Of a DNA stretch of 64,000 nucleotides, positions 38,509 through 50,415 are shown in pieces; within the stretch, counting starts at the first letter, position 1, and every line of letters begins with the position of its first letter. The notes under the pieces are model-generated. The model was not told the DNA's origin. It ran no database searches and saw nothing but the letters and a program-made list of their open reading frames with translations. Source of the DNA: Phoronis australis (taxonomy: Eukaryota; Animalia; Phoronida); assembly GCA_002633005.1 (NCBI GenBank), contig NMRA01000002.1:698044-762043 (forward strand). The letters run 5' to 3'. Both the position numbers and the translations under genes were made by a program.

Positions 38509-39987
38509 GTAATTCAAAGTCAGCACTTGCGGGCTTACTATGCACACGTAGAAGTGTTATTTTTCGTGGCACGCGGACTATTGTAAGCCCCGAAAAACGT
38601 GTTTAAAATCGACAGCTGTCGAATTTGTGGCTCCTATTACAGGTTATCTAGAACTGACAGCATACAAGTTTCCCTCTATAAATAAGGATTAGTTTTTACC
38701 GTTATTGTATACAGTTCTGTTTTAATGCACTGATGCATCGGTAAAGATGAATCCCTAATGCACTTTTCGTTGAAAAAAATAAAGAGAACGAGTAGTTGTC
38801 GTGTGCTTTACGATTTACTGCACCCCAAAAATGAGAAATAACTCGAACGCTATGCCAAACTATTTTGACAAAGGGCAATGATGGATGCAGAGAACTTTGT
38901 AATATTGTACAGTTCTTAACAACTTATATTACAGCACAAGTGCGGTCGAAAATTGTAAAAGTTACGACTCTGGCGACATCAAACGCTTTGGTCAACCCAG
39001 AAACACTCTGGTCGTACGTTCACAAATATTTTATTACCTGTAACGTCTTTTACACGTCTTAATCTAGAGACAGGGCTTATGGGAACTCAAGCCAATAAGC
39101 TTTGATACTTTTGCCACTACCGGAAATTCTCAGAAGCAACCCGCCCAAACATAGGTTCACGGGTCTATTTTGGGGTAGACTTCTGAATATCGGCCCATGG
39201 GCCTACTACATGTACTTTGGAGCAACAATTTAACATATCTACTGTTTGTGGAGTCATCCCAAAACGAACAGTGTCAGCGTTTTTTGGATTATCTACAAAA
39301 AGAGCTTTGAAGGGAAAATCCTTTATTTTGATTCTTTAATTGAGCGAAAAGGCATCCTTGATAATAACACATAAAAATGTGGACTGAAGGGAGTTCATTG
39401 ACTGCTTCATCGGGCGTTTACACTAGCGTTAAATTGATTTATTCTAATTAGCGGCGAGACTTTAGCTAACGTAAACTACATGTTGGTGCTCTTAGCTTGT
39501 TGATATCGCTGGTCCTCTGTTTCATGATCATAAAATACGACCTGCTTATATTCGGAATACTAGAAAGACAAACACAAGCTATTTTCTCAGTATAGGTCCG
39601 TGCACTTACAATAAGAAAATCCTGATAGGTCTGCGCGGAATGTCTCCGACCTTACAATTTAATGAAGCCACGATATTCAGAAGCGTGACCGCTTTCGTTC
39701 TACGTAGCGCATTCAAATATTCTCGTAGCTTTACTGAAGGGCAGTTCTGATCTGTTCTAGCAGCAAATCCTGACCTTCAGAAATGGTACGAAACATTAAC
39801 TCCAGTGATATACAAAGCAACACCGACGTGGTTTTGAGGCAATATGTTGGGACAGATTTTTGTCTGTGAGCTGAAACTGAGTCGGCAACTGATTTGGACA
39901 GCCGCGGCCAAGACAAACTGCATGCAATATGTCCTTAACAATGGCTACACGTGATTGACTTGTCAACCGGCTAAGGCATCTGATTGG

Positions 39988-40373
39988 TTCTCCGAAGAAT
40001 TTATGTTATATGAGTATCAGTGAGACCTTCGCAGTAGAGGACAATACACATAGCACTGTGCTCTTACTCCGAAAGGCCTGTACTCCGAAGGGCCGTTACT
40101 CCAAATAATAGGTCCCGCTTTTACAGGCTATGTGTTTGTTTTAAGTTGTGTATGCCATGTAATGAACTAGTCTCCACCCTAGAGTTAAATGCAAAATCAA
40201 AACGTCCCGCTGCAATAGCTGAACTGTGCCGCTTATTGGTCACCAAATGGCATGCAGGGTTGGCAACTACGCAAATAATATAAAGGTGTGAAAGATAACT
40301 GTCCAAAGCAACGGCCTCTTCGGAGTGAAGGTCCTTCGGCGTAATGGCCGCTCGGAGTACAGACCTAGATCCC
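39988..40373. mobile_element. MITE with inverted subterminal 15-bp repeats, nested in a family B repeat
   Basis: (tactccgaaggnccn) x3 at about 40064-40106 vs (ggncnttcggagta) x3 at about 40312-40365, ending gacctagatccc. The flanks are the two halves of the family B core. Confidence 0.65.
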
Positions 40374-41159
40374 TCGACGATGACTTTCGGCTTAGAAACC
40401 AATCGGATGACTTAATTGGTTAACCAGGCAGAACCGCCAATGGAAACTCGACAAACAGCCATCTAACGCAAGTTCAATCCGGTCTTATCCAGACAAAGGC
40501 CATGCTTTTTTTAATTAAAGATGGCTTGCCGCACAGACCATCTTCACCAGTGATTTAAGTGATCTCATGTTTCTCATAATACTATTTCAGGATGATAACT
40601 TGCGATCGATGCTAAATTGGTGTAATCCGCCGTCAACACAGTTCTAGTGTTTCTCGATTGCTGAAAACGAGGTGCCGGAATCGTACTTTTCGCCTAGCAA
40701 CATCCTTTCGCAGTTTTTGTTGCGGTCACGAGGTTTCCACCTTGATCGCAAATGTTACGTCACGGATTTCATTTACGACAAAATCTACTTACTATGGGGT
40801 GCTAGCGGTCGCTTTTCAAAAAATGCACCGTGGGACAGATGCCGGCTCGTAAACATCAGCTGACGTCACCTAGAACTTCCATTTTACTAAGCTATATGCA
40901 CTATTCTCCAAATCGCTGTTTTACATTTTTTTACTTTGGTATGAAGGCTATAAAATATGACTTCTATGATTTCCATGAAACAATTCCAAAGTTGAATAAA
41001 ACGAAAGCAAAGTGAATTTTTAGAAAACTGTAACAGCGTTTTTGAGATATTCTTCTTCTTCTCATTCGTCAAATGGTCAAATGACCATCATGATGACGTA
41101 TGCGCGTTGCACTGCCGTTACGCGCCACAGGGGCCCAGTGTATCCGACTTCGGCGTTGT

Positions 41160-41585
41160 TTCTTTATCGGAATTTTCCTCTCGTAGAGAATCTGCTGTCC
41201 GTTGCTTAGAAGCATCCCCTGCCCCTGGTTTTAAATAAGAGTTTTCCTTCTCCTATACAAACTGACTGTCAAGGCTAACGAGTTCTGTCTACCCGTGTTT
41301 AAAATCCGTTTTTTCTTCTCCTAGACAAACTGCCTGTCAAGGCTATCGAGTTCTGTCTACCCGTGTTTGGAATCGGAGTTTTCTTTCTCCTAGACAAACT
41401 GCCTTCCAAGGCTAACAAGCTCCATCTACCCGGGTTTGGAATCAGAGTTTTCTATTCTCCCAGGTTCGGAGTTGATGCACGGCACCTTATTCCGTATTAT
41501 TCGCTGCAACCCCCATCTAGAAGGGCTTCCTTTATCCACCATCCAGGGTACGCGCCCCTGCTCCATACAACCGCAGCGTGAGGGT
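41160..41585 (-). mobile_element. RTE-clade 5'UTR-like non-autonomous element with a 68-69 bp tandem repeat (about 3.4 copies)
   Basis: Units start at about 41227, 41295, 41363 and 41432. The minus strand reads tagccttg..ggcagtttgtctaggagaaggaaaactc.gattccaaacc, preceded by gcgcgt..ggat..ctagatgggggttgcagcgaata..gaataag. Both resemble RTE 5'UTRs (from memory). Confidence 0.65.
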
Positions 41586-42225
41586 TTTTGAGATCTCATT
41601 CTGAACATTTGTATCATATAAAATTTCATCATGGTATTGCTACTGTTGTTTTGCTATCAATGTACGTTTCTTTTTGCTAAAGTTTACGTGACTCTAATAG
41701 TTGATTAGTAAAAATCAACTTTTACTGGCTTTCCACTGTCGTAAAATATGCACTTTTCCTGAATAAAAATCTATGGTTTCGTAGATATCTAAAAAAATAG
41801 ACATGCTTGTCAGTAATGTCCTACATGTCCTTAACAGGCAGTTGGAAAGAGAAAAACAGGAAAAAATAAATGTCAGTGTTTCAATCATCGCAGTCCCTGA
41901 GGTGTAACCTACCAATACATGAAAACGTTCGCGACTAATTATTTTTTATAAAAATAACGTTACGACGTAAAAGCATCGAAAGCAAGCAATAACAACTGAA
42001 ATTAAAGTCAAGAAAATATCTGAATTTTTAAAAGTAGACGATGAAGTTTGATATTTGGAACAGCCTGTCTAGGCGCGTGTTACAGTTTTGCGAGATCATG
42101 CAATATCACGCCTGACCAGTGTTAGAGCTAGCAACGTTTTTGGCGAGCCCAAAGCTGGAGGAAAGCTCGATTGGCGAGTGGCAACAATACTAGACCAGTC
42201 TTGAGACTGTATGGAGTTAATATGA

Positions 42226-42417
<192 letters not shown>

Positions 42418-42511
42418 TAGCAGGTATCTGATGCCAATGTCGTACCATTCACCAGGAATTCCTAACTCGGCGCGTCCTTTCTAGTTTGAAGATTTTCTGA
42501 ACCTAAGACGG

Positions 42512-42572
42512 TGCCTCGAAGCTCAGTCGGTAGAGCCCAGAATACAGTGGTAGTGATATGGCTTCGAATGTG
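42512..42572 (+). mobile_element. Degenerate tRNA-like SINE head
   Basis: AGCTCAGTCGGTAGAGC D-arm/A box and degenerate GCTTCGAAT B box. No acceptor or anticodon stems. Confidence 0.4.
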
Positions 42573-43251
42573 GAGAAAGTAAAAGTCACATCTCAATGCT
42601 AAAATACGAAATCGTTATGCCAGCAGGTGTCGTTACTGTCACTCATCAACACTGTTAATAGTCACTCCGTGTAAGTGTCATCTTGTCACGACCATCACCA
42701 GTCAAATTAGGTTTCGACTAGGATAACTTTTGCAACACATGCATTTAATTTTCACCTAAAGATTTAACTAAACGTCGTCTAATGAAAAATATTGTATTGT
42801 CATTTTGGAATGTCTACAGTATTCATGCTCATAACAAACACTCGTGGAAAAAATGAATTCATAGGTTTTATTAGAGAATTTAGTTGTACTGTAAAATGTC
42901 GTATTTTGTACTCGGTGTTCGCGATAAAATATTATTGAGCATTTTTATTTTTCACGAAATAAGAACTGAATGTCTCACAACATGACAACAGTTCATTGTT
43001 CTTCCAAATTTGGCCTTTTATCAGACAGCCGAAAACTGATGTACGCGCATCCCAAAATAAAGATTTATGGGATATCATAACGTCCTCCTCGGAAATGTAT
43101 GTATCAGAAGTGAAGAGAGCGATTTCCCACAATCCATTGTGGACTGACAACTTGAAGCGCTGTTCGTAACAGGTCAGTTCAGTAAGTCCTAAAATGTAAT
43201 TGGACACACGCGACTTTCATAATATGTTAATAGAATATTCTCTGTTTTCAG

Positions 43252-43422
43252 GTATCTCACAAATCTCTGGAAGAGAGAACGTTGAAGCTGACTGTTTATG
43301 ACGTCGACAGGCACAAAAGACATAATCTGATCGGTCACGCCCTCTACCCACTGAAAGAAAGCGACCTGCTCAGCGACGACAAGATTGTTATTTGGAGGGA
43401 CTTAGAACGCGATGTTCAAGGA
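43252..43422 (+). CDS. SYT15: Synaptotagmin-15-like exon, end of C2A
   Basis: ttttcAG| ... |GTATGT, phase 0/0. Encodes VSHKSLEERTLKLTVYDVDRHKRHNLIGHALYPLKESDLLSDDKIVIWRDLERDVQG. Confidence 0.97.
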
Positions 43423-45364
43423 GTATGTTTGCATGAAGATTCGTTTGTAGTTGGGTACAAAGTTGCACTTTTCCATAGTCACCTCTAAACTTGAATTGCT
43501 AATTTCAGTCACAGAGGTACTGAACTATCTTATTAAAGATACAGAGCACCACTGGTCAATGAGATCCTTATAGGAGTGCCACTATTGTTGCTTTAAGTCA
43601 ACCTTCATGGGTGGGGTCAAGGCCACTAAGTCCCCTGCAGTAGCTTCTATTTTTGTACTGGGAATTGTCTCACCAACGTTGTCTCTTAAACTTAATCTCC
43701 CTGCAAAGAAGTTACCAAAACTGATGTCAGCTTTTCTGAATTAATGAGTTTTACAGAAGTTCAGTTTTCGCAATGATTTAAGTGATGTATTTGCTGTTTT
43801 GTACTTTAAAAAGCGTTCCAAATGAATTTTCTTCGAAAACTCATCGTCTATACGAAGATGCGAAAACATTGAAACACATTGTGTATTGCATCACGCATCG
43901 AGCATTACTCACTTGTGGAAAAAAGGGCTTGTGCACCCCATAACACGGCTCAATCACTAAGAACACAGAATCACGTGAGCGACTCAACGAGACGTGTTTT
44001 TAGGTGCGGAAGCGTGTTGGCGGCCCAGGAGCCGTGATTCAATTTCGGTCAGAACGCCTGATTTCAACTGTTTGAAACAAGACATGATACAAATGGTGTT
44101 CTACTATCCGATGTATCGCCGCCTAACCGATGAGTATGTCAGTAAATATTTACGTTTTTTATGATACCCAAATGACAAAGGCATTATCGATGTCAAATCC
44201 AACGCAGTCTCTCATTGCCTCATTGCAAACTTTATGGCGTGTTAGCATACAAATCTCAGCGACGTCGTTTTCGCTTGTAAAAGGAAATAAAAAGAATTAA
44301 GAGAGCGTGACGAAAGGCCAGGATGACATGTGTAGTGTTGAAAAGGGACAGGAGTTCTGAACATATTTAACGCCTGCGTGAAAGCATGTGTTGAATGTAA
44401 TTGCGAAACTGATCGGCATTTTACTCGCTACAGACAATGCGAAAACGTTGAACTTCAATTTACAATAATTCATGCACGCCTGCTGAAGTCCGATTGTAAC
44501 CCATTATGTATTATAATCAGTCCATCGAACGCTATTCTGGTGCAGTAGAGATGGTTGTTTAGCAAGTGTGTTATTCTCGTGCACCAGTGGAATAGTTTAT
44601 AGCTACGTCACACTATTAACTCTCCACGGGGAACTAGCTCACAAAGTGGTCGCGTAGACGTCGTTAGATTGGCGTATCCATTGGTTTTCTTTGTTATAAT
44701 GAAGTTAATGACAAACATTTCTCGGTGAGCGGTTGAGATGCGTCCAAGGTACGGTATCCACGCGACCTGTATTGTTATGTCCAAAAAGACACAACACCAA
44801 ACAACAATGGTGGCGATAACCATAGGACGCGCTTACACCCGTCGCATGGATGTTGCAAGTCAAACAATATCTTGAGATCTCCATACTACGTCACGCACTT
44901 GTGGCTTCCACTCCAAAAAGTCTTTGTGTCATGTCGTTTATATTTGGGAAGGGACGTATCAGAAATTAAAGTGTTCGAGAGAAAAGAACATCGTTCGTAA
45001 GAAAAGAAATCCGCTACAGCAGAAAAAATGAGTTCATGAGAACTGAATATCGCAGCCCTTGAGAAAAGAACAGACTATAAACAGACTCTTCAGATTAGAG
45101 CTGCGTTGACGAGAAAAGGACGCTGTTTACGAGAACGTCCGGTCGCGCGTGGGCGAATAAATATTTTATCCTCGCTCTCTTCTCAATGTTACCAGGTTTT
45201 GCGGTCTTTAGTTGATTACTGCAGTAGAGCGAACTCTGCGACTTGCCAAACGCATGCCGTATCTAGCAAAGTCCAAAACAATTCTAAAAAAGCCAACAAC
45301 TTTCCATAATAACACATTTTCTTCAAATGCCAGCATGTTAACTCATTTCGACTTTTACTTTCAG

Positions 45365-45485
45365 ACCGCATCAGACAGAGGCGAAATCAACGTTGCTCTA
45401 TGTTACAATAACCACTTAGAAAGGTTAACTGTTGGAGTGTTTGAAGGAAAAAGTTTCAAAGCTCTGGAAGGTTGTGCGTCAGTTG
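45365..45485 (+). CDS. SYT15: Synaptotagmin-15-like exon, start of C2B
   Basis: ttttactttcAG| ... G|GTAAGT. Encodes TASDRGEINVALCYNNHLERLTVGVFEGKSFKALEGCASV. Confidence 0.96.
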
Positions 45486-46465
45486 GTAAGTTCAATGAGC
45501 TCTCAAGTGGGAGCGTCAAGTGTCGGCCTTGTTCTTTAAGACCCGTGTTTCTTGCGTGCTTGGAAAGAGCACGCAAGTCCTATCGAGTTATCACCATGCA
45601 TTACGAGCGAAGTGCGTGATCTTACTTGCATCCATTCGTTTATGTCCTGCGGTTACGGACTGACTCCAAGAATACGCATTTTTGAAGGATGTCCAACTAG
45701 TTCTTAAGCTTGGACTATTTCACATTTATGTCACTCAAGCAAATATTCACAGTCCTCAAGGACGTGATTACAAAATGAGCTCGCCTTAATCATCTTTAGT
45801 TTGACAGCTGTTGTCAGTGATTTGCTAATTAGCACATCCTGATTCCACCCTACTTTGCGAGGGTTTGACGCACCAAACATCATTAGTCCTTGCAAATTTC
45901 ATATGCTCCCACTATTGTGTAGCGACAATGACATTATTAAAACAACAAATGGAGATATTTCTGCTAATTAAGCAAATGCAAACTTCTCGTGCTTTGCTAT
46001 CGACCTTTTTACAATTGTTACGTTAACTCATGTGCGCAATAATTTGTGGGAAGTCTGTAACGCGGTGAAACTCACAACTTCATGTAAAGATGACACTTAC
46101 ATGCACTGTCGTTGGTGGGCCCAGTGGCAGATTTAAAGAGGAACCGATGGGCTGTGGTCTCCTAAATGTCTACGACTTAGTTGCCACTGCTGAGATCTAG
46201 AAGTCAACATGTTGGTTGTTAAGACAGTTCCTGCCAATACACACGTTTTCTTTGACCAGTCTTGGTGTTTTCAAATTTTCAATCCAAGAAGGCAGCCAAT
46301 ATTTTCAAAATCTTCGACGACAACAGAAATTTATTATAGGCTCGTAAAGAAGAGCCAGTAGTCGCATGACCGTTTTCTCATGATTTTTTACGGTGATAAC
46401 CGTCATTTTTCTTAAGAAAGTTTAAGTTCTCTTTTTGTTATGTTAACTGCAGAGTTAAGGCGTTA

Positions 46466-46871
46466 AGGCGTCAACAATTGTTCGGACTTCAAAACCACTT
46501 GCCCAGACTTCAGATCCAGCTGACCAGTGTTCTAACTTGGTAGTCGGACGTCAAAACGCGATGTCCAGTACCTCAAAGCCAGATGGCTGCACCCCAAAAA
46601 CTGGTTGGCTGGACTTAAACGGGTTGGCTGGTGATAAAACACAATGGCCGAACAAATGATCTGACCGTCGTGTTTGATCATCGGCTAACTGGTTATAGCA
46701 CCAACCATCGTGTTTCGGGTCCAGCCGACTAGTTTTGTAGGTAAGGCCATCGCTTTTTGAAGTCTGGACAACACGTTTGATCACTGGATATTTGGTTTTG
46801 CTGTCCAGGTGACTGGTTCTGAAGTCCGGGCAAGTGATTTTGAAGTCCGACCACATGTTAATTACACCCTT
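46466..46871. mobile_element. MITE with TIRs of about 50 bp and internal sub-repeats
   Basis: tcggacttcaaaaccacttgcccagacttcaga vs tctgaagtccgggcaagtgattttgaagtccga. Confidence 0.85.
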
Positions 46872-47664
46872 GAAAGTGGTTCTTGAAACATATTTGAAGC
46901 GTCCCTCGAACCAGTTCAAGGCAATAAATTGATAAACGTGTCGAACAGATTGGTTTTACTACTTGCACCTCCAATAGTCAAAATATATTGATACAAATCA
47001 TTTAAGGTGAAACTTTTCGGATTTTTTAATGACAGAAACACTCAAAATTGCACCGAGTTCGTCAAATAGCGACCATCGGAAAGCGACAGTCGACCAAAAC
47101 ATTATCTTAGCGGTATTTCCAGCGCATGGTTTTATAATGAAGACTTCAAATTATAAGAGGATAACGTAGGCAGTGAAATAGCTTGACAAACTCATTGTAT
47201 GACGAGCAAATTGTAAAGACAGTTCCCGCCCTTGCAGTCGTGCTTGGAGAGGTTAGATAGTTTTCTGACCTGTTTTGATGGAAAATGATGTAACGGCCAG
47301 GAACAAGCATAGACATAAACGTTGAGGCTAGACGGTAATCTGCCTGTAAATAAGTATTTAGAGGGCGTGCTGGCCAAGCCAATGCATACATGGTCAAGTT
47401 CACCAAGAAATAGTGAACCCCGTTCATTTTTCTCAGAGGCTGACCGTAATGTGACGTTATGTTTCATAATTGGCTTCTGTGCAAGCTTTTTCTTTAAAAC
47501 GTATGATCAAGAAAAACATAATTGCAGACGGTTTGGTACACGTTGTACCAGACATGTGCAGGCCTCTCAGATGGGCCCAATGTACTCATCACCTAAAACC
47601 CTTTATAAATATATGGTTAAAACCGAGCTGAAGCGCCAAAGACCTGACTCAAGCTTCTAGCAGT

Positions 47665-47722
47665 GTGCCCCATTGGGACTCGAATCCACGACCTTGGTTT
47701 ATGGAAACGGACACCCTGCCTT
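47665..47722 (-). mobile_element. tRNA-like SINE head remnant
   Basis: Minus strand aggtcgtggattcgagtcccaatggggcac resembles a T-arm/B box. Confidence 0.4.
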
Positions 47723-48359
47723 CTCTAAACGTACATTTTTATCGTCGGGTTAAAATAGCCTGTGCTATACCAGTCATGAATTTCCTCCAAACATTTTTTA
47801 GAACAATGATTTTATTTGGAATAAAATCAGATCTGTCATCTTGGCACCCCGAACTAAAATTCCGAGATCCCATCCTGGCTGCCCCTTTGTGTAAGACTGA
47901 GTTACTCCAATAGCTTCGTGTTGTTGGGAACCAAAGTATAAGTGACACGCTGTACATACAAGTACTGGGCATCTCAAGTTGGATGTCTAGCAGCCACCGT
48001 TTGATTGAACTAAGTCTTCTACAGTGTCTTTTGCCCTGTCTTGATATGTTGTTGAATTGGATAATTAATACACATCTGCCTTTTTGTAAGGGTAAGTTTA
48101 GCAAGCACTCATACGCAATTTAAAAACTTGCTGATTGGTTTCATGTAAGCGCTACTAAGTGACAGCTATGCCTGCATATAGGCGCATGCGCAGGCTTGCT
48201 GATATAAGCGCAGCTTCAAATATCGACACAATAGGTCTAAATGCCTGCATATACGGCAGCTAACAAAAATACAGTGGTTGCCATTCACCTGTTTTGGTAT
48301 CACTGGTAATTTGCATATGCATGGACGTAATAATCCAGTTACTATTTCGTCTATTTCAG

Positions 48360-48542
48360 ATTGCTATATAAAAGTAGTATTACTAGTGCAAAACAAACCC
48401 GTCAAGTCTAAGAAGACGGAAGTTATAAAACGAGACGAGAATCCTGTCTACAACGAGAGTTTCACATTCAAGTTGCCATCGACGCAAGTCGACACTGCCA
48501 GTGTGACACTAACCGCTATGCAACACATGCACGGTCACAGAG
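48360..48542 (+). CDS. SYT15: Synaptotagmin-15-like exon, C2B
   Basis: ctatttcAG| ... G|GTAAGA, phase 1/1. Encodes (D)CYIKVVLLVQNKPVKSKKTEVIKRDENPVYNESFTFKLPSTQVDTASVTLTAMQHMHGHR. Confidence 0.97.
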
Positions 48543-49225
48543 GTAAGAATTTCTTGGCTAATTTATTGTGGCTGTATAAACCGCGACTTTCGATCACGAT
48601 ATGCAACCAACTTTGGACAGAGAGAGTTCTCTGTTTCTGAGAGTTTTACCGCGAAAAGTCTCCAAGGATACAGCATTTAAAAATAAACCTTTTTCGCTAG
48701 TCACCGTTGGAAAGTGGATTTTTTAAAAGACTTAAGGCATACGGAGAAACATTTTTCTATTGTATTTTGACACTTACTTCTGTTGTGTTTGATGAAATAC
48801 GGCGGAAAACTAGCCGCGATTACTACACTAATTGTACTAGTTTGTCTGCAAGTGACCTGTGACGGGGGAGGGGGCTCGGGGGGCCGAACGAGCCCCCCAA
48901 TTTGGCGAATTGGGCAAAAAGGTCCGCCTCAATGAAACAAAAAGTCCGCATACCGAAAAATTCGAGCACCAAATATTTTAGGGTGGGTGCGTGCGCGCAT
49001 GTTATGTATATAGATTTTAACCGTGGGAATAACAGGAGATGTAAAACGCGCTGTATAATATTCAGGTAGGAGTCCATGTGTGATTTTGCAATTGGTTTCT
49101 GTGGCTATAGCCTGGTATCGGTCACGGAATTCAAGAGTATCCCAAAGATTTTTTGAGATACTAACTATCCGGGCGAATGCACTTAATTCATTTCGCCAGT
49201 TTTGCCTCGTCAGACGGCTAAGACC

Positions 49226-49312
49226 TTGATTGGGTCTCGATGACGACTTTCGGCTTACGGAGCAGTCAAATGTCTTAATGGATAGACCCGGTGTAACCGA
49301 CTAAGTGAATCG
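49226..49312 (+). repeat. Dispersed repeat family B copy
   Basis: tgattgggtctcgatgacgactttcggctta core. Confidence 0.7.
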
Positions 49313-49400
49313 AATGTAGCCAATGAGAAGGAATGTAGTGCAGCGACCTGATTTGATAATCACTCCATACTTGTTTTTATTGATGATTTTTGATTTTCAG

Positions 49401-49525
49401 ACAAGCAAATTGGCAGAGTTGTTCTTGGGTCGTTTATGTTCGCCCGGGGGAAGGAACTTCAACACTGGAACGACATGATTGCTCATGAAAGAGAACAAGT
49501 GATAAACTGGCACGTACTGTCATGA
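49401..49525 (+). CDS. SYT15: Synaptotagmin-15-like terminal coding exon
   Basis: gattttcAG|. Encodes (D)KQIGRVVLGSFMFARGKELQHWNDMIAHEREQVINWHVLS*, with the synaptotagmin WHxL motif; matches SYT15 [24 protein letters not shown]..WHAL. Confidence 0.97.
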
Positions 49526-50409
49526 AGATAACATGTCACTGCCCATGCATATTCTAGACACTTAGCTCACCGTTTGAATTGTATCTGTTCCTTTCATGGA
49601 CCTTTATGGTTCCTCTGGAATGTCTAGACGAATCATGGAATGGAAATCCACGCTTTTCGCAAATGGTGGCTAGAAAACTAATCTGCTTGGAGGAGAGACA
49701 ACATTCTTTAGTTTCCGTGTATCCATAAAAAGGCCATTAATTCAAGATGGTGAAACTTGTTACTCAGCCGTACGAGAGAGTCATTTGGTTGTAAGTGCTT
49801 GAAAGATTTGTGTAGTAAAATAGTCTTGAACGCGCTAAAACGCAACATATTGCACAATAGGTTGATAAAGATAACACTGCGATGCTATGTAAAGATCAGC
49901 GCTGATGCATACCTGTCATTCACCTCGTTAGAGGAAATCAGTGTTTTATGACCAATTTGGTTGGATGAATCGAAAGACTCTAAAAATGGAGTGAAGCTGG
50001 TTCGTGAGGCATTTCACAAACATGTACTCGATGGATCATCAATTTGATCGACTCTGGAATGAAATATTTGATCTTATACAGATGAGCTAATTACCACAGT
50101 GCCAATCATTGTGACAAACTTTTAGAGTTTGGGTTGATGTACAATTCGCAACTAGAAAACGAAAAGTCAATTTTCAGTTTTCGGTAGGCTTGCTCAAAAT
50201 CAAATCTCAGCGCAGGTCGTGAGTAAGTACTTTTTTTAGCCGCGGATATTGCAATGTTGGTAATAAACCAGCACTCGTCTGGAAGCATAGTTTAATAATT
50301 TCTATTTATTATTATTAGTCTTCTCGGATGAATATCAACGGTTATAAAATGGCTGCTTGTCAATTGAGTACTTAATAATTTGTACATGCATATTACAAAA
50401 ATGTATGTA

Positions 50410-50415
50410 AATAAA
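50410..50415 (+). terminator. Candidate polyadenylation signal of the SYT15-like gene
   Basis: AATAAA preceded by TGTA elements and followed by GT-rich ttgtgttt, about 890 nt after the stop. Confidence 0.5.

Noticed and set aside
41227-41462. Regularly spaced repeats as a CRISPR array
   Set aside because: Whole 68-69 bp units repeat with no unique spacers, there are no cas genes, and the context is a eukaryotic intron.
41460-41585. HDV-like ribozyme call
   Set aside because: A GCGAAT J4/2-like stretch is present, but P3/L3/P1.1 could not be assigned by eye, so it is left as a test only.
44970-45150. Recurring gagaaaagaa motif
   Set aside because: Probably a very decayed repeat. Unit and boundaries cannot be defined.
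46122-46189. 68-bp CAGTGGCA...TGCCACTG mini-hAT
   Set aside because: Only 8-bp inverted ends and no 8-bp TSD.
46551-46919. 122-aa minus ORF
   Set aside because: It lies almost entirely within a MITE with internal sub-repeats.
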